A DNA stretch of 40,000 nt from Ignatzschineria rhizosphaerae (GCF_022655595.1 NZ_CP093379.1:2638010-2678009), one strand, 5' to 3'; numbered from the stretch's first letter, positions 9,684-20,124 are shown. Notes: a model not told the origin generated them from the letters alone. Translations and numbers: made by a program.

Positions 9684-11065
9684 GAAGGGGAGGCTTTAGT
9701 TGTTTTAATCGGCGTTTTAATGGGTAGAGGTATCCAGCTCTCTTGCGTTTGAATACGTCTTGCCATCATCATCATGATGATTCCTCTTAATAACATAAAG
9801 AGTAAAAACGTCAGCCATAAGCCATTATTTTTAAAGGGTAAGAGTAAAAAGCCAATAGGTAGGGCGATGATAAAGGCTAAGAGCATGGCATTACGCATCT
9901 CTTTTGCTTTTGTAGCGCCGATAAAAAGCCCATCTAAAAGATAGCTCCACACGCTGATTAAAGGGAGTAGTGTTAAGTAAGGAATAAGCGGGTAAGCAGC
10001 TTCTCTTACCGAAGGGATGTTGGAGATTAGATTGATAAAGTAATGCCCAAAACTTAAAAATCCTATAAAAAAGCCGACACTAATAAGTAGTGCCCAGCCG
10101 CCGGCAATAACCATTACAGACATTAAGCTTTTAGGCGAAGCTTCCCCAATGGCTTTCCCTGTTAACGCTTCAATAGCATGCGCAAAGCCATCTAGGAGAT
10201 AAGACATAATCAGTAAGCCATTTAAGATAATCATGTTTGCGGCAACGGTATCTCCCCCTAATCGAGTTCCCTGTAGCGTGACTAAAAAGAAGACAAGGTT
10301 AAGGGTTAAGCTTCGAATAAAAATATCGCGATTAACAAAGATCAGCGGTTTCCAGTTCTGCCATGAGCGAAGCGGCTTTAATAACCATTGTCCTACTGTT
10401 TTTTGAAGAAGTTTGGGCAAAAAGAGAAGTCCTACCAGTAAGCCAAACCATTCAGCAATCACGGCAGCTTTCGCAACGCCAGTAATTCCTAAATTAAGTT
10501 TAAGAATAAAGAGCAAGGTGAGTAAGACATTTAAAATATTAGTCGCAAGCAACATGTAAAAGGGGATACGTGCATTTTGCATTCCTAAAAACCAACCAAT
10601 TAAGGCAAAGTTCATTAATGCCGCCGGCATACCAAGTAAGCGCCAGTAAAAAAATTGTGATGCACCCTCATACAGCGCTGGAGATGGTTGCATAAGCGTA
10701 AAGGCGATCTTGGAGATGGGAAGAGCGAAAATCGCTAATAAAAGCGCAAGGATTAGTGCGAGCCCTAAGCTCTGTAGCAGAATCTGGCGGACACGGTTGC
10801 CATCTTTATTGCCAAAAGCTTGGGCGGTAAAACCCGTTGTTCCCATTCTTAGAAAGTTTAAAATGGCCACTAAAAAAACATAGATACTACTGCCAATCCC
10901 AACGCTAGCCATATTATTGGCACTATGTAAGTGACCGACAATCATCGTATCCACTGTGCCCACAAGGGGAACAGAGATATTAGAAAGAATCATCGGCAGT
11001 GTTAGCGCCCAAACTTTGCGGTGAATAGATAGATTGCGCCAAGCATCCAAAAGAGATATCTGCAT
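9680..11065 (-). CDS. MATE-family efflux transporter (DinF-like)
   Basis: 461 aa with 12 TM segments. N-terminal LALP(M)I(L)SN(I)S.PL.G.VDT..VGHL motif is typical of MATE/DinF. Confidence 0.85.
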   Translation of the reverse strand: MQISLLDAWRNLSIHRKVWALTLPMILSNISVPLVGTVDTMIVGHLHSANNMASVGIGSSIYVFLVAILNFLRMGTTGFTAQAFGNKDGNRVRQILLQSLGLALILALLLAIFALPISKIAFTLMQPSPALYEGASQFFYWRLLGMPAALMNFALIGWFLGMQNARIPFYMLLATNILNVLLTLLFILKLNLGITGVAKAAVIAEWFGLLVGLLFLPKLLQKTVGQWLLKPLRSWQNWKPLIFVNRDIFIRSLTLNLVFFLVTLQGTRLGGDTVAANMIILNGLLIMSYLLDGFAHAIEALTGKAIGEASPKSLMSVMVIAGGWALLISVGFFIGFLSFGHYFINLISNIPSVREAAYPLIPYLTLLPLISVWSYLLDGLFIGATKAKEMRNAMLLAFIIALPIGFLLLPFKNNGLWLTFLLFMLLRGIIMMMMARRIQTQESWIPLPIKTPIKTTKASPS

Positions 11066-11250
11066 ATCAGAAAGTATTACGTTCCTTGTTAAGAGAATGA
11101 GCCTTTAAAAGGGGATTAGAAAAAATAATTTAAATCCCTTACTTGAACTGTTCTCTGGCACATTTTGATAAATTTCTATCATGGATAATAAGGTGAGAAG
11201 TCGCTTGGAAGAGATTGAGTGTCTATTTTTTGTGCAAATGAAGATAAATT

Positions 11251-11291
11251 TCTCTTTTTTCCTTGAATCAAAAAATTTCATCCCCACATAT
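11251..11291 (+). promoter_or_regulatory. Sigma-32 (heat-shock) promoter of groES-groEL
   Basis: Sequence tctcttttttCCTTGAA-14 nt-CCCCACATat matches the gammaproteobacterial sigma-32 consensus (TCTC-N-CCCTTGAA / 13-15 nt / CCCCATnT). It lies ~125 nt upstream of groES. Confidence 0.75.
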
Positions 11292-11414
11292 TATATCGTA
11301 CAAAGAATTCTTGTTGTTTTCATATAAAATCGCATGAAAACTTATGAAAAGCCGCAAGATTATTATAAATGATAACCATATTAGATTAACGAATCTTTTA
11401 ATGAGGAACAAACT

Positions 11415-11705
11415 ATGAAATTACGTCCTTTACATGACAGAGTCATCATCAAACGTGAAGAAGAAGAGCTTAAAACAGCAGGTGGTATCGTTCTTCCTGG
11501 TACTGCAACAGAAAAACCATCACGTGGTGTTGTTCTTGCTGTAGGCAACGGTAAAGTACTTGCAAATGGTGAAGTTAAAACACTTGATGTGAAAGTGGGC
11601 GATAAAGTTCTTTTCGGTAAATTCTCAGGCTCAGAAGTTGAAATGGCTGGTGAAGAGCTTTTAGTTATGCGTGAAGATGAGATCATGGCTGTTATCGAGG
11701 CTTAA
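11415..11705 (+). CDS. groES: Co-chaperonin GroES
   Basis: 96 aa, [10 protein letters not shown](I)(I)KR.EEE..(T)AGGI(V)L. Canonical GroES. Confidence 0.97.
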   Translation: MKLRPLHDRVIIKREEEELKTAGGIVLPGTATEKPSRGVVLAVGNGKVLANGEVKTLDVKVGDKVLFGKFSGSEVEMAGEELLVMREDEIMAVIEA

Positions 11706-11775
11706 TACGATTTCAATTTAAAGCAGATCCATTATTTGATTTAAGCAGTTAAATCTTTTAGAACAAGTTAACTAA

Positions 11776-13446
<1,671 letters not shown>

Positions 13447-13490
13447 TTGAAAGATTACCGCTTAATCAACACTGATTAAACTATTTAAAA

Positions 13491-13521
13491 AGCGCTCTGA
13501 ATATTCAGGGCGCTTTTTTTA
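13491..13521 (+). terminator. Rho-independent terminator of groEL
   Basis: 10-bp stem agcgctctga/tcagggcgct (one G-U pair), loop atat, then T8. Confidence 0.8.
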
Positions 13522-13530
13522 TCATTTTTA

Positions 13531-13730
13531 TATAGTAAATTTGGTTTAAGAAAAACTGCTAGCGCGGTATTTTATAGTGAAATCGGTTTAAAAGTGACTG
13601 AATCAGATTGCCGGCGTATCGATTATGAGAAGCACAAGAATCGTTCTATCCGGCAGCATGCAAGCTAATTTGATACACACTTTGTGTTCTTAATACTTTT
13701 AAATAATGTTTCTTGAACCGAATCGATTAT
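13531..13730 (+). repeat. Intergenic repeat element, copy R4
   Basis: Closest relative of R1, with near-identical aatcggtttaaaag(t/a)gactgaatcagattgccggc...aagcacaagaatcgttctatccggc. It ends tcttgaaccgaatcgattat. Confidence 0.75.
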
Positions 13731-13744
13731 AAGAAGAATGTAAG

Positions 13745-13860
13745 CATTCCCTCTGGCATTGCATTAATTAATAAACGAGCGTATTAAACACCTTGCTTTT
13801 CATAGCCGATGCGCCGGCATTTGAGTCAGCTTATTTTGAACCGATTTCACTATAAAATAC
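13745..13860 (-). repeat. Intergenic repeat element, inverted internally deleted copy R5
   Basis: The reverse complement reads gtattttatagtgaaatcggttcaaaataagctgactcaaatgccggcgcatcggctatgaaaagcaaggtgtttaatacg. It lacks the gttctatccggc block. Its outer 22 nt (13839..13860) are a perfect inverted copy of 13567..13588. Confidence 0.7.
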
Positions 13861-14039
13861 TTTTGGGAAAATTTTTAGGCTAAAAAGCTAGACCTTTTAT
13901 TTTTAGTTTTCTATAATGAAGTTTCTGGGGAGTCCCGTTAACACTACGGGGTTACTTATTCTTATAAAGTACAGTAATACTGTGTTTTTGATTTGTTATT
14001 TTTATGTATACCCTCAACTGTACCCTTATAAATTCTTTT

Positions 14040-14330
14040 TTATTGCATGTACTCTTGTTCAGATATCCACTTTTGAATATCCGATAATTTCCACCGGGAA
14101 GCATTTCCTTGCTTAGTTGGTTTTGGAAAGTCGCCTTTTTGGATATTTGCGTAAATCCACTTTCTGGTAAATTTCACCATATCTTCTACATCCTCTATTC
14201 GCAGAAGCCTATCTCCATCTAATGTGGTTTCATTATCTTTAGCTCTCAAGAGAATAGAGATCTTATCTTCTAGGGATTTTAGAGTTTTTGCTGCATCTTC
14301 ATTTAGTTCAACCTTAATTAAGTTGCTCAT
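14040..14330 (-). CDS. AlpA/excisionase-family DNA-binding protein (Xis-like)
   Basis: The C-terminal half, LLRIEDVEDMVKFTRKWIYANIQKGDFPKPTKQGNASRWKLSDIQKWI, fits the AlpA/HTH_17 excisionase pattern. It is the last gene of the leftward operon. The ~45-aa N-terminal extension is unusual. Confidence 0.7.
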   Translation of the reverse strand: MSNLIKVELNEDAAKTLKSLEDKISILLRAKDNETTLDGDRLLRIEDVEDMVKFTRKWIYANIQKGDFPKPTKQGNASRWKLSDIQKWISEQEYMQ

Positions 14331-14331
14331 A

Positions 14332-14499
14332 CTAAATCTCCATATAGTTCTTCATATCTTCAAACCAATCAAAGCCACCTTTCTTGTACCAGACTTGGCG
14401 CGTATTACTATCAACTCTAACAATCTCTGCCGGCGCGTTATTCTTGATGATCGTGTGGCCAACTTCAACAAGCAATCCATTTTTGTAAACTGGAATCAT
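14332..14499 (-). CDS. Small hypothetical phage protein (55 aa; below the ORF-track cutoff)
   Basis: Hand-translated as MIPVYKNGLLVEVGHTIIKNNAPAEIVRVDSNTRQVWYKKGGFDWFEDMKNYMEI*. Its ATG overlaps the upstream stop as ATGA (14496..14499). It fills the gap exactly, ending 1 nt before the next start. Confidence 0.5.
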   Translation of the reverse strand: MIPVYKNGLLVEVGHTIIKNNAPAEIVRVDSNTRQVWYKKGGFDWFEDMKNYMEI

Positions 14500-15113
14500 G
14501 CTTCACCTCGTCTTTGGGTTACTGTTGCGCCTTTGAGTATTTTAAATCTAAAGCCGTCGCTGATATCGCAAAGACAATCTAAATAATCACCTGAAAGCAC
14601 CTCGCCATTTGCTAGAGTTATTTTGATAATTTCACCGCCCGACGTATCGATTTTTAATGTGTCATCCACACTCTCAATCACGAATGTTTCTGTGTAGAGG
14701 GAGTTGATGAAGTCGATGCCCCTTTTCGCCTCTTGCATGTCATAAGCGTGACTGTGTTCATTAAAATCAAATTCTATGTAGTGAGGTCCGATATATAGGT
14801 TTACTATTAACTTTTTCTTTATCGCGTTAGCAGCTGAATCAATCAAATCATCAAAAGTCGGAGCAGGGCGCTTGATGCGGAAGTATTTGAGTTGGCTATC
14901 TGTGATGCACATCCCTCTTGCATCTTTAAGCATTGATGCATCATCGTTGTACGATCTAGAGGTTGCAATGATTCTATCTAGGGACAATATAAACTTCCTC
15001 CAACCTAAATATGTGTTACTTTCTTTGCCTAAAAATCCTTCTGTATCAATACACTCAAGCTCAACTTCACGCCCAGCTGCTAATTCTTTTTTAATTTCTT
15101 CTATTGTTAGCAT
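14496..15113 (-). CDS. Hypothetical phage protein (205 aa)
   Basis: Long ORF in the co-oriented, tightly packed operon. No motif recognised. Confidence 0.6.
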   Translation of the reverse strand: MLTIEEIKKELAAGREVELECIDTEGFLGKESNTYLGWRKFILSLDRIIATSRSYNDDASMLKDARGMCITDSQLKYFRIKRPAPTFDDLIDSAANAIKKKLIVNLYIGPHYIEFDFNEHSHAYDMQEAKRGIDFINSLYTETFVIESVDDTLKIDTSGGEIIKITLANGEVLSGDYLDCLCDISDGFRFKILKGATVTQRRGEA

Positions 15114-15124
15114 TTTCGCCTCCT

Positions 15125-15598
15125 CTAAAATGGGATATCTTCTGAGAAACTATCAAAATCCGCAGTATTCGCATCAAAGTTATTTGTAGCTCTATTCTGC
15201 TGATTGAAGCCTTGTCGTTGATTATTCTGTGGTCGCTGATCGAAATTAGATTGATTGTTATTGCCACCGCCGAGCATTTGAAGATCGTTTGCGTTGACGT
15301 CAGTTGAGTAACGCTCGATACCGTTTTTATCGGTGTATTTATTGGTTCTTAGCGAGCCTTCAACGTAAACTTGGCTACCTTTTTTAAGATATTGACCGGC
15401 AATTTCAGCTAAACGACCGAAGAATACAACTCGATGCCATTCTGTGCGCTCTTGTTGTTGTCCTGTGTTACGATCTTTCCATGACTCAGAAGTAGCGATA
15501 GAGATAGTTGCTACTGCGCTTCCGCTTGCGGTATAACGAACGTCTGGATCATTTCCCAAAAAACCTAAAATTGTGACCTTATTAACCCCACGTGCCAT
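15125..15598 (-). CDS. ssb: Single-stranded DNA-binding protein
   Basis: Sequence MARGVNKV(T)ILG.LG.DP(D/E)(V)RYT..G.AVA..S(I)ATSE.W.D...G...[23 protein letters not shown](V)EG.L. It has a Q/N/G-rich linker and an acidic DIPF tail. Confidence 0.95.
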   Translation of the reverse strand: MARGVNKVTILGFLGNDPDVRYTASGSAVATISIATSESWKDRNTGQQQERTEWHRVVFFGRLAEIAGQYLKKGSQVYVEGSLRTNKYTDKNGIERYSTDVNANDLQMLGGGNNNQSNFDQRPQNNQRQGFNQQNRATNNFDANTADFDSFSEDIPF

Positions 15599-16124
15599 CT
15601 TGATTCCTCTCTCTTTCTATTCCTGCTAATTGATCTTCAAATCTATGTATTCGACCGTGACCTGATTCGCTCAGTAATGCTAAGTTATCGATGTCATTAT
15701 TTAATTTATCCCGGTCTATGTGATGAACGATTTCATCACTAAATAACTCTCTTCCTATCCAGTTGGACATTACTGTTCTATGGACAAGTTCGCCTTTGAA
15801 TTTGCCTCTTGTAAATTCAGCATATCCATTGCTATTAACTCTCGTTCCATTGGCAGTTAATCGTCCTAGCTCAAGCTTTCCCTTTCTAATGTTGTCTTTC
15901 CATTCTTGTGAGAAAATTCTTGTTTGCCCTTTTAAAGGTCTTGAAATTCTCCCTTTCTTTTCCGCTAGCCGAACTCCATCAGCTCTAGATCTTAGTATTC
16001 CTGCTTTTTGAAAGCGAAATCTTAAAGTGGAAAGGGGTATTCCAGTTTTTTCGTGAACCTCTGGAATAGAATTGCCATCAAGGTAAAGTTGAAACTCATC
16101 AACTTTATTAATTCCGCGTGACAT
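15582..16124 (-). CDS. HNH homing-type endonuclease with N-terminal HTH
   Basis: HNH_3-like core GY..F.........HR.V......R.L...E.VHHID.D..NN....NL.L.S...H. The N-terminal [15 protein letters not shown] looks like an HTH. The 3' end overlaps the ssb start by 17 nt. Confidence 0.8.
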   Translation of the reverse strand: MSRGINKVDEFQLYLDGNSIPEVHEKTGIPLSTLRFRFQKAGILRSRADGVRLAEKKGRISRPLKGQTRIFSQEWKDNIRKGKLELGRLTANGTRVNSNGYAEFTRGKFKGELVHRTVMSNWIGRELFSDEIVHHIDRDKLNNDIDNLALLSESGHGRIHRFEDQLAGIERERNQDGTWG

Positions 16125-16133
16125 CTGATACTC

Positions 16134-16721
16134 CTATCTATTTAAGTCGTGGTAATATTCCCAAATAGCCTCGATTAAGGAATCTAGGACATCATCATAT
16201 TTACCTTCCGTTATTTCCGAAAAGTCTATTGATTCTCTGTATAAAATTGCCTTCAAAAAAAGAGGGGAGAGCTTTGAGAAGAAATTGAAAAGAGGTTCGC
16301 AGTCATCAATAAAATAGAAGGCATTGTCAGAGTCATCCGCTAAAAATCTTTTGAAAGCCCACATGAAATTTTCATAGTCTCTTCTAGCGAGGCTTGTCCC
16401 ACCAAACTCATCTTTATAGTCATGCTCGAAGCGTTCTTTAAGGATTTCCTCCATTCCTTTTTTGTTAGAAGTTTGAACTATTACTGGTTTTAAGCTCAGG
16501 ATTACATAGCCTTTTTCTAGCCCGGGATAATTGCTAAGAATGAAATCAACCGATCTTGTAACTTCATTGCCGGTGTATCTGTCGTTTTCAAACCCTTTAA
16601 GAATTAATGTATCTCCTGATTGAAAATCTCGGTCATTGAAGCGGATTTCAAAATTCTTATTGCCGATAGCTATTTCATTAAGAAAATGAGGCGCTATTTT
16701 AAGCTCATGTATTTGTGACAT
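16134..16721 (-). CDS. DUF3850 (ASCH/PUA-like) domain protein with an unknown ~110-aa C-terminal extension
   Basis: The N-terminus HELKIAPHFLNEIAIGNKNFEIRFNDRDFQSGDTLILKGF matches the recalled DUF3850 signature (HELKI.P.YF..v..G.K.FEIR.NDRDF.vGD.L.L). Confidence 0.7.
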   Translation of the reverse strand: MSQIHELKIAPHFLNEIAIGNKNFEIRFNDRDFQSGDTLILKGFENDRYTGNEVTRSVDFILSNYPGLEKGYVILSLKPVIVQTSNKKGMEEILKERFEHDYKDEFGGTSLARRDYENFMWAFKRFLADDSDNAFYFIDDCEPLFNFFSKLSPLFLKAILYRESIDFSEITEGKYDDVLDSLIEAIWEYYHDLNR

Positions 16722-16724
16722 TAT

Positions 16725-17174
16725 TTAACCTCCGTGATTAGGGAAAGGACAATCCCACTTGTAGTCGTCGTATGTAATTTCTATACTTTTTATTAGCTCA
16801 CCTTTGCAGATTTCAATATCCTGCTGAAACTGCATGCCGCGCTCAAAGCCGTGCCATCTAAAATCGATTTGATGTTTTTTGGAAACATCTAGCCAGCCAT
16901 GCTCTGGAAGTAAAGACCAAGCAATTTCAACGCAGCTAAAAACGACAAGAACTTCTTCGTCAGAATCAAAATAAACCTCATCAGCTACTTGCTGCTGGCA
17001 ATATGCTCTTCTAACCCCACAGAAAATATGTTTATTTTCATTAGAAAAGAGAGAGATGATTCCCATTTCATCATCGACATCAACATCAATAAACGGAGCA
17101 AACTCTTTGAGAGTGGAGATAACATTATCTTTTTGCCCTCTGATTTTTAATGTTCCAGAATTCCAGTTAGGCAT
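16725..17174 (-). CDS. Hypothetical phage protein (possible DUF1281/Api92-like N-terminus)
   Basis: 149 aa. The N-terminus MPNWNSGTLKIRG resembles the recalled MPNWC.N.L.I.G start of DUF1281 proteins, which is weak recall-based evidence. It is translationally coupled to its neighbours. Confidence 0.55.
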   Translation of the reverse strand: MPNWNSGTLKIRGQKDNVISTLKEFAPFIDVDVDDEMGIISLFSNENKHIFCGVRRAYCQQQVADEVYFDSDEEVLVVFSCVEIAWSLLPEHGWLDVSKKHQIDFRWHGFERGMQFQQDIEICKGELIKSIEITYDDYKWDCPFPNHGG

Positions 17175-17782
17175 TACTTATCCTCCAATAGCTCAGATTG
17201 ATGTTTGTCATATTGCTGAATTGCCCAGACAATCGCATAACAGCACCAGATGAAACGGTATGAGTGCTTTTTCTGCATTGCTTCTACTCTTAATTCCCAA
17301 TTATCGCCAAGATAATCTGAGCGTTCAGCGCTCGTAATAAAGTCATATTCACTTTGTGGCTCAAGAAGTCCGTTGTCTTCAAGATCTTCCTTGGCTTTCT
17401 CGTATTCTTCTTCTGAATAGCCATTTTCGATCATATTATCGAGGTACTCCTGTAGGTATTCTGCTGTGCCTTCTTCGTCAAATTCATAGACTTTATCTCT
17501 ACGACATTCGGCTTCTACCTTTTCGCCCCAGTATCCAGGATTGATTCCCAGCTCTTCGTTTCTAAAGAACTTAAACATATCCTGACGCCTTCTAAATACG
17601 TAGCTACCCATATCGCCTGAGATTGCTAAATATCCATCCCAAGTGATTATTTGAAAAGCGAGGTTAAATGAGCCTTTATTGCTAAATGATAATGATCTAT
17701 AAACTCCGTTATCGTTGTTGATAGTCATTGTGTGATTTTCAATATCTTTTAAGAAGATTTCTGGTGTTGGTATCTTGTTCAT
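17174..17782 (-). CDS. Hypothetical phage protein (202 aa)
   Basis: ORF with ATGA-type coupling at both ends. No motif recognised. Confidence 0.6.
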   Translation of the reverse strand: MNKIPTPEIFLKDIENHTMTINNDNGVYRSLSFSNKGSFNLAFQIITWDGYLAISGDMGSYVFRRRQDMFKFFRNEELGINPGYWGEKVEAECRRDKVYEFDEEGTAEYLQEYLDNMIENGYSEEEYEKAKEDLEDNGLLEPQSEYDFITSAERSDYLGDNWELRVEAMQKKHSYRFIWCCYAIVWAIQQYDKHQSELLEDK

Positions 17783-18219
17783 TAGTCCTCCAAGAGCTCA
17801 GGGTTTTCGTGAAGGTTTCCGATTACTTCAAACTCATCTTTATAGACTGCTAAAAAGCCATATATGGCATTGTGATTGCGAGGATCTAACAAAACTGTAT
17901 TGCCATCTACTTTTGAAACAATAAAGTTGTAGTGCTCGCCTCCAAGTTTGATTTTTACGATGTCATCATAAAAACAGTCTTTGCCGTTCTTATCGTTTAG
18001 ATCAACTCCTAGCATGACTATTTTTTCATTCATCTCCCAATGAAGCTGATCTCCACCGCCAAAGCACATCATGCTTTCAGACGTTCTCAGAAACACATTT
18101 CCACAAAAGCTAATAAAATGTTGGTAATAGCTATTTTCTCTAGGGAGTATCATTTGCTTATATTTAATATCCCAAGCTCTAAACTTAATTAATCTACTCA
18201 TATCTAGACCTAGCTCCAT
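17782..18219 (-). CDS. YopX-family phage protein
   Basis: Sequence (L)IKFRAWD...M and C-terminal FEVIGN(L)HENPELLE are the YopX signature. The start may instead be the internal Met at 18201 (MSRLIKFRAW). Confidence 0.8.
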   Translation of the reverse strand: MELGLDMSRLIKFRAWDIKYKQMILPRENSYYQHFISFCGNVFLRTSESMMCFGGGDQLHWEMNEKIVMLGVDLNDKNGKDCFYDDIVKIKLGGEHYNFIVSKVDGNTVLLDPRNHNAIYGFLAVYKDEFEVIGNLHENPELLED

Positions 18220-18398
18220 CCATACTCAACCATATTTATAAACTCTTCTTTAGCAGCTTCATCACCTGCTTCTTCTCTTTCCTCTTCGGTCATATTTTTC
18301 CAGTCAGACAAGAGGATATCGGTGTCAATTTCTTCGGTGTATCCCTCATGAATCCAACGTGGTTGTATCCATACGGTTATTTTTTTAGTTTCACTCAT
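18210..18398 (-). CDS. Small acidic hypothetical phage protein (62 aa)
   Basis: It fills the operon gap and is co-oriented. No motif recognised. Confidence 0.5.
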   Translation of the reverse strand: MSETKKITVWIQPRWIHEGYTEEIDTDILLSDWKNMTEEEREEAGDEAAKEEFINMVEYGWS

Positions 18399-18400
18399 AT

Positions 18401-18736
18401 CTACGCCGCCTTTTTAACTTCATGTCGTGGAGCATTAGCGATTGTGCTAATGCGTTTTAAGCGATATTCTCGCTCATCAATTAAATCTTGAGCCTCTAGC
18501 ATTATTCTAAGTTCACGAGCTGTTTTATCTGCTTCATGACCTGATTGCTTTCGATATTTTTCGGTTGTTGCGCTGATACGATCTCGTATCTGCTCGCCGT
18601 TTAGATGAACGTATCTAGTAGCTTCGGCTTTCTCTTCGGACTGCTGGATCAACATTTCGTGACGAGTATTTTCAATTGAGCGCTGTTCGTTTGATTCTTT
18701 GCGCTTTCTGAAAAGTTGGAATAATTTGTTTAACAT
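18401..18736 (-). CDS. Hypothetical phage protein (111 aa from the Met at 18736)
   Basis: The track ORF extends to 18805. AGGAG sits 7 nt before the ATG at 18736 (MLNKLFQLFRKRK...), and that start removes the overlap with the exonuclease gene. The protein is basic with coiled-coil character. Confidence 0.55.
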   Translation of the reverse strand: MLNKLFQLFRKRKESNEQRSIENTRHEMLIQQSEEKAEATRYVHLNGEQIRDRISATTEKYRKQSGHEADKTARELRIMLEAQDLIDEREYRLKRISTIANAPRHEVKKAA

Positions 18737-18746
18737 GCTGTATCTC

Positions 18747-19382
18747 CTATGCCGCTTCGAGATTGCCGATAACTTGATCGACCTCGGAGTTGAATTTAAC
18801 AACATTAAAAGTGATCTCTTCTTCGAGTTCTTTCGTTAGTGAAAACTCTTTAATAAACATCTGCTTATCTACTGGAAAGCGTGGGTCAAAACTCAAGAAA
18901 ACACACTCTGTTAACCCTAAGCACATAAGCTGGGCTGCCATCTGATAGATGTATCTTGGATTGATTTTTTTGCTAACAAGGCTATCCAAGTGGGTTTTAG
19001 AGGTAGGGCATTTAATTTCGATTGCTTTATTGAGAGGTTTGCCGAACATATCCATCAATAAACCATCAGGACTTGCACCAAAATTTGGAATAGTAGGGTG
19101 GTCTAAAAATCCTACGTCCTGGACTTCTTGCATCGTTTGAAGTGTGTAAGCTTCTTTTGCGAGAGGTTCGGTATCAATACCCCACTGCATAGCTGCATTA
19201 GTGAAAGAATCCTCAGGTTTTCCAGTAAGCCTTTCGAGCGCTAATTGCATCTTATAATCTTCGCATGCTTTAAGGGTTTGACCTTTAGCGCCACGATCAC
19301 AAACATCAAAAACCATTGAAGCTGTTACTTTTCCGCATCTCTGCGCATACCATTCTTCTGTTCTTTGGAGATCGTTACTCAT
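18747..19382 (-). CDS. YqaJ-type viral recombinase exonuclease (lambda-Exo-like fold)
   Basis: Sequence R.(E/T)EW...R.GK(V/I)T(A)S......... is followed by D...PDG and E(I)K(C/T) motifs of the PD-(D/E)xK YqaJ family. It is adjacent to bet. Confidence 0.85.
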   Translation of the reverse strand: MSNDLQRTEEWYAQRCGKVTASMVFDVCDRGAKGQTLKACEDYKMQLALERLTGKPEDSFTNAAMQWGIDTEPLAKEAYTLQTMQEVQDVGFLDHPTIPNFGASPDGLLMDMFGKPLNKAIEIKCPTSKTHLDSLVSKKINPRYIYQMAAQLMCLGLTECVFLSFDPRFPVDKQMFIKEFSLTKELEEEITFNVVKFNSEVDQVIGNLEAA

Positions 19383-19392
19383 TGGAATCCTC

Positions 19393-20124
19393 CTAAATTA
19401 CTGTTGCTTCAGCTTCAATAGCAATCGTTTTTGCAATTCGCTTCATTTCATCAGTTCCAACAATTACTTTTTGCTCTGGTGTTAGTTCGTGCTTCCAATA
19501 ATTTTCAAGCGATTCTCGCCCACTTTTAGCGGCCTCTTCTGCATTTTTGATAAGCTCATTTCGGCCAGCTTCATCAACTTCTGGCGCATTCTGCTTGGTA
19601 TCAACCATTGCCTGAGCTTCATCTTCAAGCATGATTCCTGAAAATCCGAAAGCCGATCTAATGGCTTGCGCTGTCGCTCTATGCTTAAGCATACGAGAAG
19701 GGAATTGCTTCCATGGTGCGGTTTGCCGTCTATTCTCAACCATCAGCTCAGTTGCAACCTCTGGTCGACTTCTATCTTTGCGAAAGATCTTGCAAGTGAT
19801 AGCTAATAATTCCCCTGAATCACTGAATTTATATTCATAATCACGACCATCATATTGAGGATGGCTATTTGCTAATTTATTCCAACCATCAATCCCAATA
19901 ATGGGCTGAATACCGCCATTTTGAGGAAATGCGTAGATCTCATTAGTCCATGGGTTTAGTTTGTGTTCATTGGCAACAATCAATAAAGCTGTCATCTGAG
20001 AATCGCTGATTTGTTGATTTCTAAAAGCTGTAGATTTAAGGGTTTCTATTAACTCTTTCTCGTTGCCACCAACCGCTAGAGTTGTAGCTAGTTGTTTAAC
20101 TTGTGTTGATAATGCTGTACTCAT
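19393..20124 (-). CDS. bet: Single-strand annealing recombinase, lambda Bet family
   Basis: Collinear with recalled lambda Bet: MSTAL...L, LLIVAN...LNPWT.EIYAFP...G(I).P(V/I)(V/I)G(V/I)DGW, F.KDR..P, PW...P.RML.H(K/R)A..Q..R.AFGF.GI. Confidence 0.92.
   Translation of the reverse strand: MSTALSTQVKQLATTLAVGGNEKELIETLKSTAFRNQQISDSQMTALLIVANEHKLNPWTNEIYAFPQNGGIQPIIGIDGWNKLANSHPQYDGRDYEYKFSDSGELLAITCKIFRKDRSRPEVATELMVENRRQTAPWKQFPSRMLKHRATAQAIRSAFGFSGIMLEDEAQAMVDTKQNAPEVDEAGRNELIKNAEEAAKSGRESLENYWKHELTPEQKVIVGTDEMKRIAKTIAIEAEATVI

Noticed and set aside
13861-14039. Possible tRNA/tmRNA 3'-end fragment serving as the att site at the prophage junction (CCCGT-N7-ACGGG hairpin)
   Set aside because: No T-loop consensus (GTTCRANYC), acceptor stem or CCA context could be found by eye. 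The hairpin is only 5 bp.
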